DNA from: Nitrospira sp.
GTDB taxonomy: Bacteria; Nitrospirota; Nitrospiria; Nitrospirales; Nitrospiraceae
Assembly: GCA_047150005.1 (NCBI GenBank)
Contig: AP038806.1
Span: forward strand, 2,528,001-2,592,000
Length of the DNA stretch: 64,000 nucleotides
Reading direction: 5' to 3'
The notes under the pieces were generated by a model, which made no database searches, was not told the origin of the DNA, and was given only the letters and a program-made list of their open reading frames with translations. Positions 42,130-53,168 of this stretch are shown piece after piece. Positions within the stretch are counted from its first letter, which is position 1; each line of letters begins with the position of its first letter. The position numbers and the translations under genes were made by a program.

Positions 42130-42690
42130 ATGCGTCAGCCTCATCAGATTGCAGTTGATCGCGCCTTATTGCTGTATGTGCTGCAGTGCGCTGAGCCCCA
42201 CGGTCTCCTCAGCGATGTCAAACTTCAGCAGCTCTGCTTCCTATGTGAGCTGCAAATGTTCGGGAAGGGGTACAAAGGATTTCATTTCGAGTTTTTCCGC
42301 TTTGCCTACGGGGCGTTCAGCAAGGATTTGGACAACGACCTGATGTCCCTCCGCAGACGGGAGCGGGTGGAGAACTTTACACTCACCGAACAAGCCGGAG
42401 AAGCGATTGCACAACTGGAAAAGGCGGTTGCGGGAGTGGAAACCAATGAGAAGATCGTCGAAATTCTCAAGGCGGTGGTTGCGACCTACGGCGGTCATGA
42501 CAGCGGGGCCATCACCAACTCGGTGGAGTCCGTGGAGTTGAGCACCCCGCAGGATCCTGAATTCAGGATTCCGATCCGGGACATCGTGTTCCATACCACG
42601 CTGCTCGTGCCGTCTCGGATCGAGGTGCAAAACGAGTTCCAACTCCCTCCAAGCATCTTGGCTAAAATCAACCATGCCATGGGATACTAG
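42130..42690 (+). CDS. Panacea/DUF4065-like protein
   Basis: KLQQLCFL...FEFFRFAYGAFSKDLDNDL pattern. Confidence 0.6.
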   Translation: MRQPHQIAVDRALLLYVLQCAEPHGLLSDVKLQQLCFLCELQMFGKGYKGFHFEFFRFAYGAFSKDLDNDLMSLRRRERVENFTLTEQAGEAIAQLEKAVAGVETNEKIVEILKAVVATYGGHDSGAITNSVESVELSTPQDPEFRIPIRDIVFHTTLLVPSRIEVQNEFQLPPSILAKINHAMGY

Positions 42691-42753
42691 TCGATTGTGC
42701 TGAGCTGTCAGTGCTGTGTGTCGAGGCGAAAATCGAATTGGCCGATCGACCGG

Positions 42754-44286
42754 CTACAGGCGGTACAGTTCGCTGTACTTTCGCTCGATGTATTGGAGAT
42801 AGGGTTCCGGTGTCAGGCTCACGCCGGTGACCCGTTGCGCCAATCGCTCGGGGGTGAACATCCGCCCCCAGCGGTGTATTTTTTGGCCTAACCACCGCCG
42901 CAAGATCAGTAATTGCCCGGCCGCAATTTCGTCTTCCAGGTGGGGAATCTCCATGCGCGCTTGGTCGTAAAACTGCACGGCATAGAGATTTCCGAGCGTG
43001 TAGGTAGGAAAATATCCAAATGCTCCCAAGGACCAATGGACGTCCTGGAGCACGCCTTCGGCATCAGTCTGCGGGACAATATCCAGATATTCCTTCATCT
43101 TCAGGTTCCAAAGTTCCGGAAGTTCCTCGGCTTTGACGCGACCTTCGATGAGGCCTTGCTCGATTTCGACGCGCAACATAATGTGGAGATTGTACGTCAG
43201 CTCATCGGCCTCGACCCGAATGTAGGAGGGTTTGACCCGATTCACCGCGGCGTAGAAATGATCGAGGTCGATGGACTGCAATTGGTGATGAAACGTCTGC
43301 TGCAAGATCGGATAGAAGAACCGCCAGAACGCCCTGGAGCGGCCTACACAGTTCTCCCACATGCGGGATTGGCTTTCGTGAATCCCGAGCGAAACGGAGT
43401 CTCCGAGCGGAGTTCCATAATGGGCTGGATCCAGTCCCTGATCGTACAGCCCATGGCCGCCCTCATGGATGCAACTGAACAGGCAGGACGTGAGGTCGTG
43501 TTCATGGACCCGGGTGGTGACCCGCACGTCCGTGGGGTGAAACGACGTGGTGAACGGGTGAGCCGACAGATCGAGTCTGCCTCTCTCGAAATCGTATCCC
43601 ATGGCGATGAGAACCAGGCGGCCGAATTCGAGTTGTCTCGCCGAATCATAGGCGTGAAACAGGATGCTGTCATCGACCCGCACCGAACTGTTCTGGATTT
43701 TTCGGAGCAGGGGAACCAGTCTGGCCTTCAGTTGCGCAAACAACGGCCGCAATCCGGCGATCGTTGCCTCAGGTTCATAGTAATCCAATAACGCATTGTA
43801 GGGAGAGTCCGTATAGCCCAAGTAGTGAGCCTCCTCGCGCTTGAGGGTCAGCACCGTGTCGAGGTTCGGCAGGAAATCGACAAAGGCATTTCCTTCCCGC
43901 GCTTCCGCCCAAACTTGTTGAGCGAGGGAACATTCACGGCTGAGCTTGACGACGAAATCCGACGGGAGCTTTTTCGCCCGGCTGAAGTCTCTCCAGACTT
44001 CACGGAGAAGAGATTGTGCCGACTCGTCCCATAGCTCACCGTCCAGATCAAGGGGACGGCCGGTTACGAGATCGACGGCGGCACCCAAGAGGCTCTCTGT
44101 CTTATCCGAGACGAATTGTCTGTGAGCGATCCCTTGGAGCGTCGCGATCTGCTCGGCACGAGCGGAGCCTCCACCCGCCGGCATGTGGGTTTCCTGATCC
44201 CAGGACAGCACGGATGCGGCGCTGTTGATGCGCTGAATCTCGACCAATCGATTTGTGAGATTCTCCAGAGTCGCCAGCGTCTTCAC
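42754..44286 (-). CDS. Carboxypeptidase M32 (Taq type)
   Basis: HPF, HEGGH, HESQS, IRVEADE, QDVHW, YFPTY. Confidence 0.96.
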   Translation of the reverse strand: MKTLATLENLTNRLVEIQRINSAASVLSWDQETHMPAGGGSARAEQIATLQGIAHRQFVSDKTESLLGAAVDLVTGRPLDLDGELWDESAQSLLREVWRDFSRAKKLPSDFVVKLSRECSLAQQVWAEAREGNAFVDFLPNLDTVLTLKREEAHYLGYTDSPYNALLDYYEPEATIAGLRPLFAQLKARLVPLLRKIQNSSVRVDDSILFHAYDSARQLEFGRLVLIAMGYDFERGRLDLSAHPFTTSFHPTDVRVTTRVHEHDLTSCLFSCIHEGGHGLYDQGLDPAHYGTPLGDSVSLGIHESQSRMWENCVGRSRAFWRFFYPILQQTFHHQLQSIDLDHFYAAVNRVKPSYIRVEADELTYNLHIMLRVEIEQGLIEGRVKAEELPELWNLKMKEYLDIVPQTDAEGVLQDVHWSLGAFGYFPTYTLGNLYAVQFYDQARMEIPHLEDEIAAGQLLILRRWLGQKIHRWGRMFTPERLAQRVTGVSLTPEPYLQYIERKYSELYRL

Positions 44287-44389
44287 GTCATATATCTCCC
44301 GCGCGACACAGCGTGATAAGATCCCGCGTGCAAAGCCGTGCGTAGTGTACGCTCGATCGCGTCGTTTTTAAACCTCAAGGATCGCTGCC

Positions 44390-45031
44390 ATGAACCAACT
44401 TGTTGCCGCTGAGATCGAAACGTATTCAGAAGCCCATTCCATGCCCGAATCGGCGGTCTGCCGAGCGCTCAGGGAGGAAACCCACCGCACGATGGAGCAT
44501 CCGCAAATGCTGGTGAGCCCCCTTGAAGGGGCGTTCTTGAAAATGATGACTCGTCTCGTCGGAGCGAAGCGGGTATTGGAGATCGGCATGTTCACCGGCT
44601 ACAGTGCTCTGTGCTTCGCCGAGGCGCTTCCTTCAGACGGAACGGTGGTGACATGTGAAATTGATGAGGGGCCTGCCGATCTCGCGCACCGATATTTCTC
44701 GAGGTCGCCGGACGGGAGAAAGATCTCTGTCCGGATGGGGCCGGCGCTCGACACCATGCGCGACCTGACCGGACCGTTCGATCTGATTTTTATCGACGCG
44801 GACAAGCCCAACTATGTGCGGTACTACCGGCGTGCGCTCGATCTGATTGCACCGGGAGGGGTGATCTTGGTGGACAACGTGCTCTGGAACGGCGATGTGC
44901 TGAAGCAGCCGGCGCCTGATGAAAAAACTGCCACCATCCAGGAGTTGAATCGGATCGTTGCCGCTGATCCTGGCGTCTCCGCGGTCCTTCTCCCTGTGCG
45001 AGACGGCGTATTCGTCATCCGACCGAAATAG
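44390..45031 (+). CDS. Class I SAM-dependent O-methyltransferase
   Basis: LEIGMFTGYS, FIDADK, DNVLW. Confidence 0.93.
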   Translation: MNQLVAAEIETYSEAHSMPESAVCRALREETHRTMEHPQMLVSPLEGAFLKMMTRLVGAKRVLEIGMFTGYSALCFAEALPSDGTVVTCEIDEGPADLAHRYFSRSPDGRKISVRMGPALDTMRDLTGPFDLIFIDADKPNYVRYYRRALDLIAPGGVILVDNVLWNGDVLKQPAPDEKTATIQELNRIVAADPGVSAVLLPVRDGVFVIRPK

Positions 45032-45124
45032 GGCTCAGAGGCAGGACAGTGCGCATCCGGAGCTTCGTGCCATTAGGTGTTCGGAATCCGAGAGCCGTAC
45101 TCCGCCCTCTTCGGTGCCGCTTGG

Positions 45125-45439
45125 CTACGAACTCAACTTGAGCCCGACAATCCCTGCAATGATGAATCCGATGCTAAACAATCGCATCAGATCGCGGGAC
45201 TCATCGAACAGCAACATCCCCATGACCGCCGTGCCCGCTGCCCCTATGCCGGTCCAAACGGCATAGCCAGTTCCGATGGGAATAGTCCTCAGGGCAAAGG
45301 CAAGGCACCATAGACTGACGATCATGGCCAAGGCCGTCCAGAGGCTTGGCCACAACCTGGTGAAGCCCTCGGTATACTTCATGCCCACGGCCCACGTGAT
45401 TTCAAAGAGTCCGGCAATGACGAGGTACACCCATGCCAT
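45125..45439 (-). CDS. sugE: SMR family exporter (SugE/Gdx)
   Basis: [32 protein letters not shown]. Confidence 0.92.
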   Translation of the reverse strand: MAWVYLVIAGLFEITWAVGMKYTEGFTRLWPSLWTALAMIVSLWCLAFALRTIPIGTGYAVWTGIGAAGTAVMGMLLFDESRDLMRLFSIGFIIAGIVGLKLSS

Positions 45440-45506
45440 GGCAGTTTCCTTCCGTCGATGTGGGAGCTGAGTTCGGAACGTCACGGCCGGAGATCCGGCA
45501 GAACTC

Positions 45507-48500
45507 TCAGGCGCCGTTGACCGGTCCCTCTCGTCCACGGTGCGGGAGAGCGCCGGTGTGCATGGATGATTCCATGCCGTCTATGAGCTCACGAGGCGCG
45601 ACGGCTTCGCCGGTCTGGGCCGAGCGCCCCGCGTATGCGGCAGCACGTCCCTCGACCCACCGATACAGCACGGGAAGCACGACCAAGGTCAGCAAGGTCG
45701 AGCTTACCAATCCACCGATCACGACAATCGCCAAGGGCCGCTGAACCTCAGAGCCGATTCCTTGCGCGAATGCCAATGGACTCAGGCCGAGCAGGGCTAC
45801 CAACGCGGTCATCAGCACCGGTCGCAGGCGGAGCACGCTTCCCGTGAAGACGGCCTCGTCGAGGCTATGACCGTCGTCGCGCAGCTTGTTCATGCAGGAT
45901 ACGAGGACGATGCCGTTCAAAACGGCCACGCCGAACAGATTGATAAATCCGACGGAGGCAGGCACGCTGAGATACTCGCCGGTCAGCCAGAGGGCGACCA
46001 CTCCACCGATCAGGGCAAACGGCAGATTGAGGATGATGAGGGTCGCCTGGCGCAATGAATTGAACATGGAATACAGCAGCAGAAAAATCAGGCCGATCGT
46101 CATTGGAACGATAATGCGCAGTCGAGCCATGGCCCGTTCCATGTTTTCGAACGAACCGCCCCACGTGACCAGATACCCGGGAGGGAGCGTCACTGCGGAC
46201 GAAATCTTCTGTTGGGCCTCCGCGACCAGACTGCCGATATCCCGCCCCAACGTATTGAAGCCGATCGACACGTATCGCTGAAGGCGTTCGCGGCTGATGC
46301 GGCCAGGCCCTTCTTCCAACTTGATGGTACCAAGGTCCGCCAAGGGGATCAGTCCTCCCGACCCGTCGGTGAGCAGAATATTGCTGATTCGTTCCACGCT
46401 GTCGCGATACTGTTCCGGAAATCGGACGAACAGATCAAACCATTGTTGGCCTTCATATACTCTGGTTGCGGCGCGGCCTCCGATCGCCGTGGTGATGATC
46501 TCCCGCACGTCGGCGACGTTGATGCCGTGACGGGCGATCTTGGTCCGGTCGATGTCGATGGTGAGGTACGGCTGTCCGAATAACTGTTCTACCTTGATGT
46601 CGCTGACGCCGCGGACGGTTCCAAGGACGCCGGCGATTTCGTCCGCCTTACTCCGCAGGATTTCCAGATCATCGCCGAATAGTTTGACCGTCGCTTCCGT
46701 CCGCACTCCAGAGATCAGTTCATCCACCCGCTGCTGAATGGGCTGACTGATGAGGAAAGTCGCGCCGGGAATGCGGGTCAGTCGTTCCCGGAACTTCTGC
46801 ATCAGTTCGGGCATCGTCCGGGCCGTCGTCCACTGCTCCAACGGGCGCAGGCGGACCACCGGATCGCTCTCGTTGGGCTCTTGAGGATCGTTGCCCAACT
46901 CTGTCCGTCCGATTTTGGACACCACCATCTCCACTTCCGGGAACTCCATCAGCGCTTGCTGCATGTGTTTCTCGATCTCGATGGAGGCCGGCAGGGACAC
47001 GCTCGGCAGACGAATCGTCTGCGGGGCGATGCTGCCTTCATTCATGATCGGGATGAATTCGCTTCCGAGAAACGGGAACAGCGCCAGGCCGCACACCAAG
47101 GAGCCGACGGCTGCGGCCATGACGGCCGAGCTATGCCCGAGCGCCCATCGGAGCGCCGGGGTATACAGACGCTTGGCCTTCCTGACGATCCACGGATCTT
47201 CTTCGCTCCCGCTTTTCAGCATCAGGGAGCACAAAGTAGGCGACAGCGTCAGGGACAATAAGAGCGAAATCAACAGGGCGATCATGATGGTGTACGCCAG
47301 CGGCTTGAACATCTTCCCTTCCATTCCCTGAAGGGAGAGGACAGGAAGGAAGACCAGAATAATGATCAGGATGCCGAACACGACCGGCTGGCCCACCTCT
47401 TTCACAGCCGTCATCAGGAGATCGCGCCGTGGCATCGCGACAGCGGAGTGAGTCGAAAGGTGGCGATAGACGTTTTCCACCACGACGACGGAGCCGTCCA
47501 CGATCATCCCGATGGCGATGGCCAGCCCTCCCAGCGACATGAGGTTGGCCGTCAAGCCGACCTGACCCATCACGATGAACGTGGCCAAGGGCGCCAGCAC
47601 CAATGTACTGACGACGATGAATGCGCTCCGGATATTGCCCAAGAACAGAAACAGAATGATGACGACCAGCACCACGCCTTCCGCGAGCGATTTGTAAACC
47701 GTGCTCAGTGCGGCGGTGATCAGCTCGATCCGGTCGTAAAACGGCATGATACGAAGCCCGTCAGGCAGGAGATCGCGCGCATGGATATCGTCGATGCGAG
47801 CCTTGATGCCTTGCACCACGTCGCGCGCATTCCCGCCGCGGAGCATCAGGACGATGCCGGTCACCACTTCCCGCTCTCCGTTCCATACCGTTGCGCCGTG
47901 CCGCACGGCGTGATCGACGAGTACCTGTGCGACGTCTCCGATGAAGACCGGTGTGCCTCCGGTTTCTTTGACGACGATGCGCTCGATGTCCTCGATCGTG
48001 CGGATGAGCCCCACGCCCCGGACGATGTACTTTTCCGCATGCTTTTCCAATATATTGCCGCCGGCATTGGCGTTATTGCTGGCGACGGCATCGAAGACCT
48101 CATGCAACGTGAGGTTGTATTTCCTGAGCATGGCGGGTTCGACCAAGACCTGGTACTGCTTGACGTACCCACCCATCGAATTGACGTCGATGACCTCCGG
48201 TGTGCCCTTCAACAGCGGCCGAATGATCCAGTCTTGCACGGTCCGCTGCGCGATCAGGTTCTGATGACGTTCCTCTTCGCTCTGGACGTATGTACGAGGA
48301 GGCTCTTGGAGGTAGTACTGGAAGACCTCGCCGAGCCCGGTGCTGTTCGGCACCAGCATGGGTTCGGCGCCGAGCGGTAGCGTCTCCTTGACTTCGATCA
48401 GGCGTTCGAGAACCAACTGGCGGGCGAGGTTGATGTCCATATCGTCGTCGAACACGATAGTGACGAGAGACAGTCCCACCTTGGTCAGCGACCGCATCTC

Positions 48501-48740
48501 CGTCAACGACGGAACCCCTGTCAGCTGCAATTCGATGGGGTACGTGACCAGTCGTTCGACTTCAGCAGGGGAGAGTCCCGGCGCCTTCGTGACCACTTGC
48601 ACGAGAACACTGGTGACGTCGGGAAACGCGTCGATGGGGATCGTCCTGAACGCGAAAATGCCGCCGATTCCCACCACGATCGCGAAGATCACGATGAGAA
48701 GCCGTTGGCGAAGGGAGATGTCGAGAAGCCGAGCGACCAT
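45507..48740 (-). CDS. czcA: CzcA/CusA heavy-metal RND permease
   Basis: [34 protein letters not shown]. Confidence 0.93.
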   Translation of the reverse strand: MVARLLDISLRQRLLIVIFAIVVGIGGIFAFRTIPIDAFPDVTSVLVQVVTKAPGLSPAEVERLVTYPIELQLTGVPSLTEMRSLTKVGLSLVTIVFDDDMDINLARQLVLERLIEVKETLPLGAEPMLVPNSTGLGEVFQYYLQEPPRTYVQSEEERHQNLIAQRTVQDWIIRPLLKGTPEVIDVNSMGGYVKQYQVLVEPAMLRKYNLTLHEVFDAVASNNANAGGNILEKHAEKYIVRGVGLIRTIEDIERIVVKETGGTPVFIGDVAQVLVDHAVRHGATVWNGEREVVTGIVLMLRGGNARDVVQGIKARIDDIHARDLLPDGLRIMPFYDRIELITAALSTVYKSLAEGVVLVVIILFLFLGNIRSAFIVVSTLVLAPLATFIVMGQVGLTANLMSLGGLAIAIGMIVDGSVVVVENVYRHLSTHSAVAMPRRDLLMTAVKEVGQPVVFGILIIILVFLPVLSLQGMEGKMFKPLAYTIMIALLISLLLSLTLSPTLCSLMLKSGSEEDPWIVRKAKRLYTPALRWALGHSSAVMAAAVGSLVCGLALFPFLGSEFIPIMNEGSIAPQTIRLPSVSLPASIEIEKHMQQALMEFPEVEMVVSKIGRTELGNDPQEPNESDPVVRLRPLEQWTTARTMPELMQKFRERLTRIPGATFLISQPIQQRVDELISGVRTEATVKLFGDDLEILRSKADEIAGVLGTVRGVSDIKVEQLFGQPYLTIDIDRTKIARHGINVADVREIITTAIGGRAATRVYEGQQWFDLFVRFPEQYRDSVERISNILLTDGSGGLIPLADLGTIKLEEGPGRISRERLQRYVSIGFNTLGRDIGSLVAEAQQKISSAVTLPPGYLVTWGGSFENMERAMARLRIIVPMTIGLIFLLLYSMFNSLRQATLIILNLPFALIGGVVALWLTGEYLSVPASVGFINLFGVAVLNGIVLVSCMNKLRDDGHSLDEAVFTGSVLRLRPVLMTALVALLGLSPLAFAQGIGSEVQRPLAIVVIGGLVSSTLLTLVVLPVLYRWVEGRAAAYAGRSAQTGEAVAPRELIDGMESSMHTGALPHRGREGPVNGA

Positions 48741-49966
48741 CAGACCTGCTTCTTGAGGAGCTCGGACTTCAGGACGAACGCGCCTTGCGTGACGACCGGA
48801 TCGCCCTCGCTCAGGCCGCCGAGAATCGTGGTGAGCGCGCCGTTAGATTCTCCGATCTGGACATCGCGAGCTTCGTATTCGTTTTCATTGCGCCGCACGA
48901 AGACGAACGTCCGATCGTGATCCCGCTGCAAGGCGGATTCCGGCAGGGCCAACCTATCCGGCTGTGGTTCCGAATAGAGGCGAATCGTCGCGAACATCTC
49001 GGGTTTCAGCCGGCCTTCGGGGTTGGGCAGTTCGAGTCGAAGTTGCATAGTCCGCGTCGCCGGATCCAATACGTCGCCGACATAGGTGATGGTGCCTTTG
49101 AAGACTTCATTTGGATAGGCGTTGACGCGCACGTCTGCCTGCGTCCCCCCCGATGCATGCACCACATGTACGAAGGGAATGTCCTTTTCGGGAATGTTCG
49201 CACGGACCCACACTTCCGACAGGTCGGCTACCACAAAGAGCTTCTCGGTGGTTTCGACGACTTCCCCTCGGGTCAGGTTGCGTCCGATAATTCGTCCCGC
49301 GAACGGGGCTACGATCGGGACATGGGAGCGAATGGTTCGCGTCTGATCGAGACGGCGAAATTCCTCGTCGTTCATGCCGAGCAGTTTGAGGTGGTCCCGC
49401 GCTTCGTGCGCTTCGGCCTGCATGCTGAGCAGTTCGGCTTTGCGTCGCTGTGCCTCTGCCTCGCCGATCACTTTCTCTTGTAGGAGAAACTTCGCTCGGG
49501 CATAGGCTTGTTCGGCCACGTGGAGTTTGGCTTGTGATTTCAGATAGGCGGACTGAGCCAGCCCTAGTTCGCTGCTGTACAAGATGGCGAGCAGGGCGTT
49601 GGCTTCGACCTGCTGGCCGAGGTCCGTATAGACGTCGACGACACGGCCCCGAACGAGCGTGGTAATGTCGGCCACAGCCCGCTGGTTGGGCTGCACGATG
49701 GCCGGGAAGTCCCGGTGGGTTCGAAACTCGCTGCGAGCGACCGGTTGGACGACCAGACCGACCCGCGAGGAATCCTCCGGAGACAGGACCACAACCCCCG
49801 CGGCCTGGCCGACGGGCGGTTTCAACCTGACCGCGTCGCTCGGCGTGCTGTCGCAACCAGTGGACGAAACCGCCAGGCCTGCGAGTACCCAGCCGAGCAA
49901 AGGGAAAAAGCCATGCAGGGGTTGAGCGCGCATGTCAGCCAGTTGTTCCGATTCAGTTGATATCAT
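48740..49966 (-). CDS. RND membrane fusion protein (CzcB-like)
   Basis: DPATRT, LKPEMFA; between RND permease and OMF. Confidence 0.92.
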   Translation of the reverse strand: MISTESEQLADMRAQPLHGFFPLLGWVLAGLAVSSTGCDSTPSDAVRLKPPVGQAAGVVVLSPEDSSRVGLVVQPVARSEFRTHRDFPAIVQPNQRAVADITTLVRGRVVDVYTDLGQQVEANALLAILYSSELGLAQSAYLKSQAKLHVAEQAYARAKFLLQEKVIGEAEAQRRKAELLSMQAEAHEARDHLKLLGMNDEEFRRLDQTRTIRSHVPIVAPFAGRIIGRNLTRGEVVETTEKLFVVADLSEVWVRANIPEKDIPFVHVVHASGGTQADVRVNAYPNEVFKGTITYVGDVLDPATRTMQLRLELPNPEGRLKPEMFATIRLYSEPQPDRLALPESALQRDHDRTFVFVRRNENEYEARDVQIGESNGALTTILGGLSEGDPVVTQGAFVLKSELLKKQV

Positions 49967-51249
49967 AGCGCTCCACCGACCGCCCGCTCAAGCCGTGCCA
50001 GAGAGACCGACAATTCATACCGGGCTTGGGCATAATCCATCTGGATCTGCCGTTGGACACGCTGGGCGTCGAAGACCTCCAAGAGGCTGGAGGCGCCCTG
50101 CTGAAAACTGAACTGAGCCAGCCGGAGGGCTTCCTGAGCCTGTTTCAGGAGACCCTTGTCGAATACATCGATGAGCTCGGCCGTTGTACTGGCATCCTGA
50201 TAGTGCTGATGGACCGCTCGGGCCAGTTCGTTGCGCGCGCGCAATAATTCAGCCTCCTCTCGCCGCTTGGTACCCAGTGATGCCGCGATCTCTCCCTGGC
50301 GTTGGTACCATACCGGGACCGGAACGGACAGGCCGCCTTGCACGGCTTCGCGGCCGATCTCGCGCCAATAACTTCCATTGACGGTGACGTGGGGGACTCT
50401 CGACTGCCGCTCGAACTCGATCCGCCAATCCGATTGCTCGACAGATTGCAGCAGGCGCTGAATGGTCGGGTGCTCTTGAGCCATACGGACCATGAGCTTA
50501 TCGATACGCAATTCCTTGGACATGTTCAGGAAGTCGCCTTGAACCATGTACGAGGGACCGAGCCCACCACCGGTGAGGGTGTCCACGACCACCCGATTCA
50601 CCCGCACCACATTCTCGGCGCGAACGACGAGCTGCTTGGCTTTTAAGGTTTCCACCTCCGCTTTGATCAATTCGAATTGCGGCGCTTCTCCCGACTTGAC
50701 CCTCGCCTTGACGATCTTGCCGACCCCTTCGACAATCTCAAGGTTCTGCCGGGCCAGCGCTGCGTCCTGCTGGGCAAGCAACAGATCATAAAACGCGACT
50801 TTGACCTGTGTGGTCAAATTCAATCGTGTTTCGGACATGCCCGCGTTCGCCGTGGCCAGCCCTGCGTCTGCAACCCGTTTGCGGGCGGAGCGCATGGCCG
50901 GCCATTCCACTGGCTGTCCCACGATGAAGTTGTATTCGACGATCGACTCACGATTGAGCGAGTCCCGAATATCGGCGCGCCCGGTATCGCGTATTTCACC
51001 GTAGCCCGCGTTCCCGAGGACGGTCGGATTGGGATACGCTCCCGCCACTGTCTGCTGGCCCCGCTGGTGCTCGATGTGCCCCTCGGCGGAAGACACCACG
51101 GGGTTTCTGGCAAGCGCCATCTCGATAATGGTGCCGAGCTGGTAGACCGGCGCTCCTGACAATTCGGCTGCTTGGGATTGAGGGGGCATGGCGCCGATCT
51201 GGAGTGCTGCGGTCAGGCAGATGAGCAAAGAAAGCCGTCTGTGTGTCAT
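49963..51249 (-). CDS. TolC/CzcC outer-membrane efflux protein
   Basis: Signal peptide, NP motifs, G.ssLLEVFDAQR repeats. Confidence 0.92.
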   Translation of the reverse strand: MTHRRLSLLICLTAALQIGAMPPQSQAAELSGAPVYQLGTIIEMALARNPVVSSAEGHIEHQRGQQTVAGAYPNPTVLGNAGYGEIRDTGRADIRDSLNRESIVEYNFIVGQPVEWPAMRSARKRVADAGLATANAGMSETRLNLTTQVKVAFYDLLLAQQDAALARQNLEIVEGVGKIVKARVKSGEAPQFELIKAEVETLKAKQLVVRAENVVRVNRVVVDTLTGGGLGPSYMVQGDFLNMSKELRIDKLMVRMAQEHPTIQRLLQSVEQSDWRIEFERQSRVPHVTVNGSYWREIGREAVQGGLSVPVPVWYQRQGEIAASLGTKRREEAELLRARNELARAVHQHYQDASTTAELIDVFDKGLLKQAQEALRLAQFSFQQGASSLLEVFDAQRVQRQIQMDYAQARYELSVSLARLERAVGGAL

Positions 51250-51385
51250 AGTCCTCCCCCTTTTGACCGGGTGTTCGTCCTGAGGCTACGCGAGTTCAGA
51301 CCGATGTGGCAAGTTGCGCATACCACGCCGTCGCCACATGGTCCAGCGAGAGTTGGCGAGCAATTGAGTGCGGCGCGGCCTGCGC

Positions 51386-51856
51386 CTAATCCTTTCCCTC
51401 GAAGAATACGCTCAAGCACTTGCGCCGAAACAGCTCAGAGTCGAAAGGTTTGACGATGTACTCCGTCGCTCCGACATTCATGGCTTGTCGAAGATTCGCC
51501 ACGTGCATGGAGTCCGCCATGACCACAACGGGGATCGACGGGAAGCGGGAGCGCACCTCTCGGAGGACCGCCAATCCATCGAGCCCCGGCAGATACAGTT
51601 CAATGAGCAACCCGTGAAACGGGTTTGTTGGCTGATCGTTGGCGATGCGTGACAACCCCGAGGCGCCGTCCGCTTCTGCGGTCACATCAAAGCCGAGGGC
51701 GCCGAGTCGATCCCGGATAATCCCGCGGACATCGTCATCGCCATCGATCACGAGTATGCGCCGTGCGGCAGCCTTCTTTGCGGAAGGCACAGCAGCCGAA
51801 GATCCAGCCGCGGAGGATGAAGGGTCAGTATTCACCGCTTCCACCTTCGCGTGCAC
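51386..51856 (-). CDS. Stand-alone receiver-domain protein (Asp-to-Glu at phospho site)
   Basis: RILVIDGD, LLIELYLPGLDG, YIVKPF. Confidence 0.8.
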   Translation of the reverse strand: MHAKVEAVNTDPSSSAAGSSAAVPSAKKAAARRILVIDGDDDVRGIIRDRLGALGFDVTAEADGASGLSRIANDQPTNPFHGLLIELYLPGLDGLAVLREVRSRFPSIPVVVMADSMHVANLRQAMNVGATEYIVKPFDSELFRRKCLSVFFEGKD

Positions 51857-51909
51857 AGGGCAGGCCTATTGAGTTGCGGAGCGTTGCAATTAGGACCCAA
51901 CCCATTGTC

Positions 51910-52359
51910 CTAGCAGGCTCCGTATTGCGCCAACGTCTGACCTCGCGGGGAATCCGGAGGAGGGAAGTCCGATATGATGTATGGCTCCCGGCGCCAGATG
52001 TACTGTACGACGGCTGGGATAGAGGAAAGCAGCGAGCGGGCTGTATCGTTGATAAGGTACCCCGAAGCTCCGGCTGCAAATGCTGCGGCCATCGTGTCGG
52101 GATCTCCGCACGAGCTATAGAAGATGACCCGACAGTCAGGTAAGAACTCATGAATTTCCCGCGCTGCGGCAATTCCGTTCAAGATCGGCATCTCAACATT
52201 CGTCAGAAACACGTCAGGACGAAGGCTTCTGGCGGCTTCGATGGCGGTCAATCCGTTCTCCACCGCCCCGACGATGTCGTACTCCGCCTCCAATCGAAGC
52301 CGGAGCATAGCAGCCGTCTGGGCCTGATCGTCGGCCAGTAGGATCCGCACGCGTCCCAT
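51910..52359 (-). CDS. Stand-alone degenerate receiver-domain protein
   Basis: RILLADD, PDVFLTNVEMP, GYLIND. Confidence 0.75.
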   Translation of the reverse strand: MGRVRILLADDQAQTAAMLRLRLEAEYDIVGAVENGLTAIEAARSLRPDVFLTNVEMPILNGIAAAREIHEFLPDCRVIFYSSCGDPDTMAAAFAAGASGYLINDTARSLLSSIPAVVQYIWRREPYIISDFPPPDSPRGQTLAQYGAC

Positions 52360-52517
52360 GACTACCTCGTCATCTGAAGTGCCGGCACCGTGCACGACTC
52401 TCCGCAAAAGAGTCTATCCGATGCGCCGTTCAGACGGGAGCGGGATGTTACCGGAGCCTGTCTGGAAAACTACCGGCTTCAGCGGCGAGAATTACGAGAG
52501 AACGGTTCGGCACGTGA

Positions 52518-53168
52518 TCACGAGCTGGAAACCAAGCCGTGCGCAACTGCGTATTTGACCAAGTCGGCGGTCGTGTGCAAGTCCAGCAATTCCATGATCT
52601 TAGCTTTATGGAATTCAACGGTTCGATGGGAGACCTTCAGCTGCGCGGCGATCTCCTTGGCCGAAAAACCCTCTGCGACGAGTTGCAGAATTTCCCGCTG
52701 CCTCATGGTCAGGTCGTCGGCCGCGGCGATTCGGGGTTGGCCGGGGGTGAGGAAGGAACTGATCACATCCTTTGTAATAAGCGGGGTGACGTAGTAGTTT
52801 CCTCCCATCACGCACTGAATCGCTTGGACCAACTCCTTCCCCGCCGACCGCTTGAGGAGATACCCGGACGCCCCCGCCTTGAAGGCCTCGGTGATGTAAG
52901 CCGTATCCGCATGCATGGTCACGAAGATGAGTTTCACGTCGGGCAGCAAGCGTTTCAGCTTCTTGGCCGCGTCAATGCCGTTGAGTCTGGGCATCGTGAT
53001 ATCGAGCAGGATCAGGTCCGGATGAACACGTTCTGCGGCTTCGACAAGCGCGCGCCCGTCCTCTACGGTTCCGGCGAGTTCGCAGTGCTCCTCGAGGAGT
53101 TTCTTGAATCCCTCAAGGACGAGGGTATGATCGTCAGCCAACAGGATTCGAGGTTTCTTCATTGCCAT
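52518..53168 (-). CDS. NarL/LuxR-family response regulator
   Basis: ADDH, LLDITMP, GYLLK, LTxRQREIL HTH. Confidence 0.95.
   Translation of the reverse strand: MAMKKPRILLADDHTLVLEGFKKLLEEHCELAGTVEDGRALVEAAERVHPDLILLDITMPRLNGIDAAKKLKRLLPDVKLIFVTMHADTAYITEAFKAGASGYLLKRSAGKELVQAIQCVMGGNYYVTPLITKDVISSFLTPGQPRIAAADDLTMRQREILQLVAEGFSAKEIAAQLKVSHRTVEFHKAKIMELLDLHTTADLVKYAVAHGLVSSS

Noticed and set aside
45440..45540. Guanidine riboswitch upstream of sugE
   Set aside because: No paired ACGR hairpins or ykkC-I/III consensus found; a GGACGAG match lies inside czcA coding sequence
51308..51326. sigma54 promoter for the czc operon
   Set aside because: GG-to-GC spacing is 12 nt rather than the required 10
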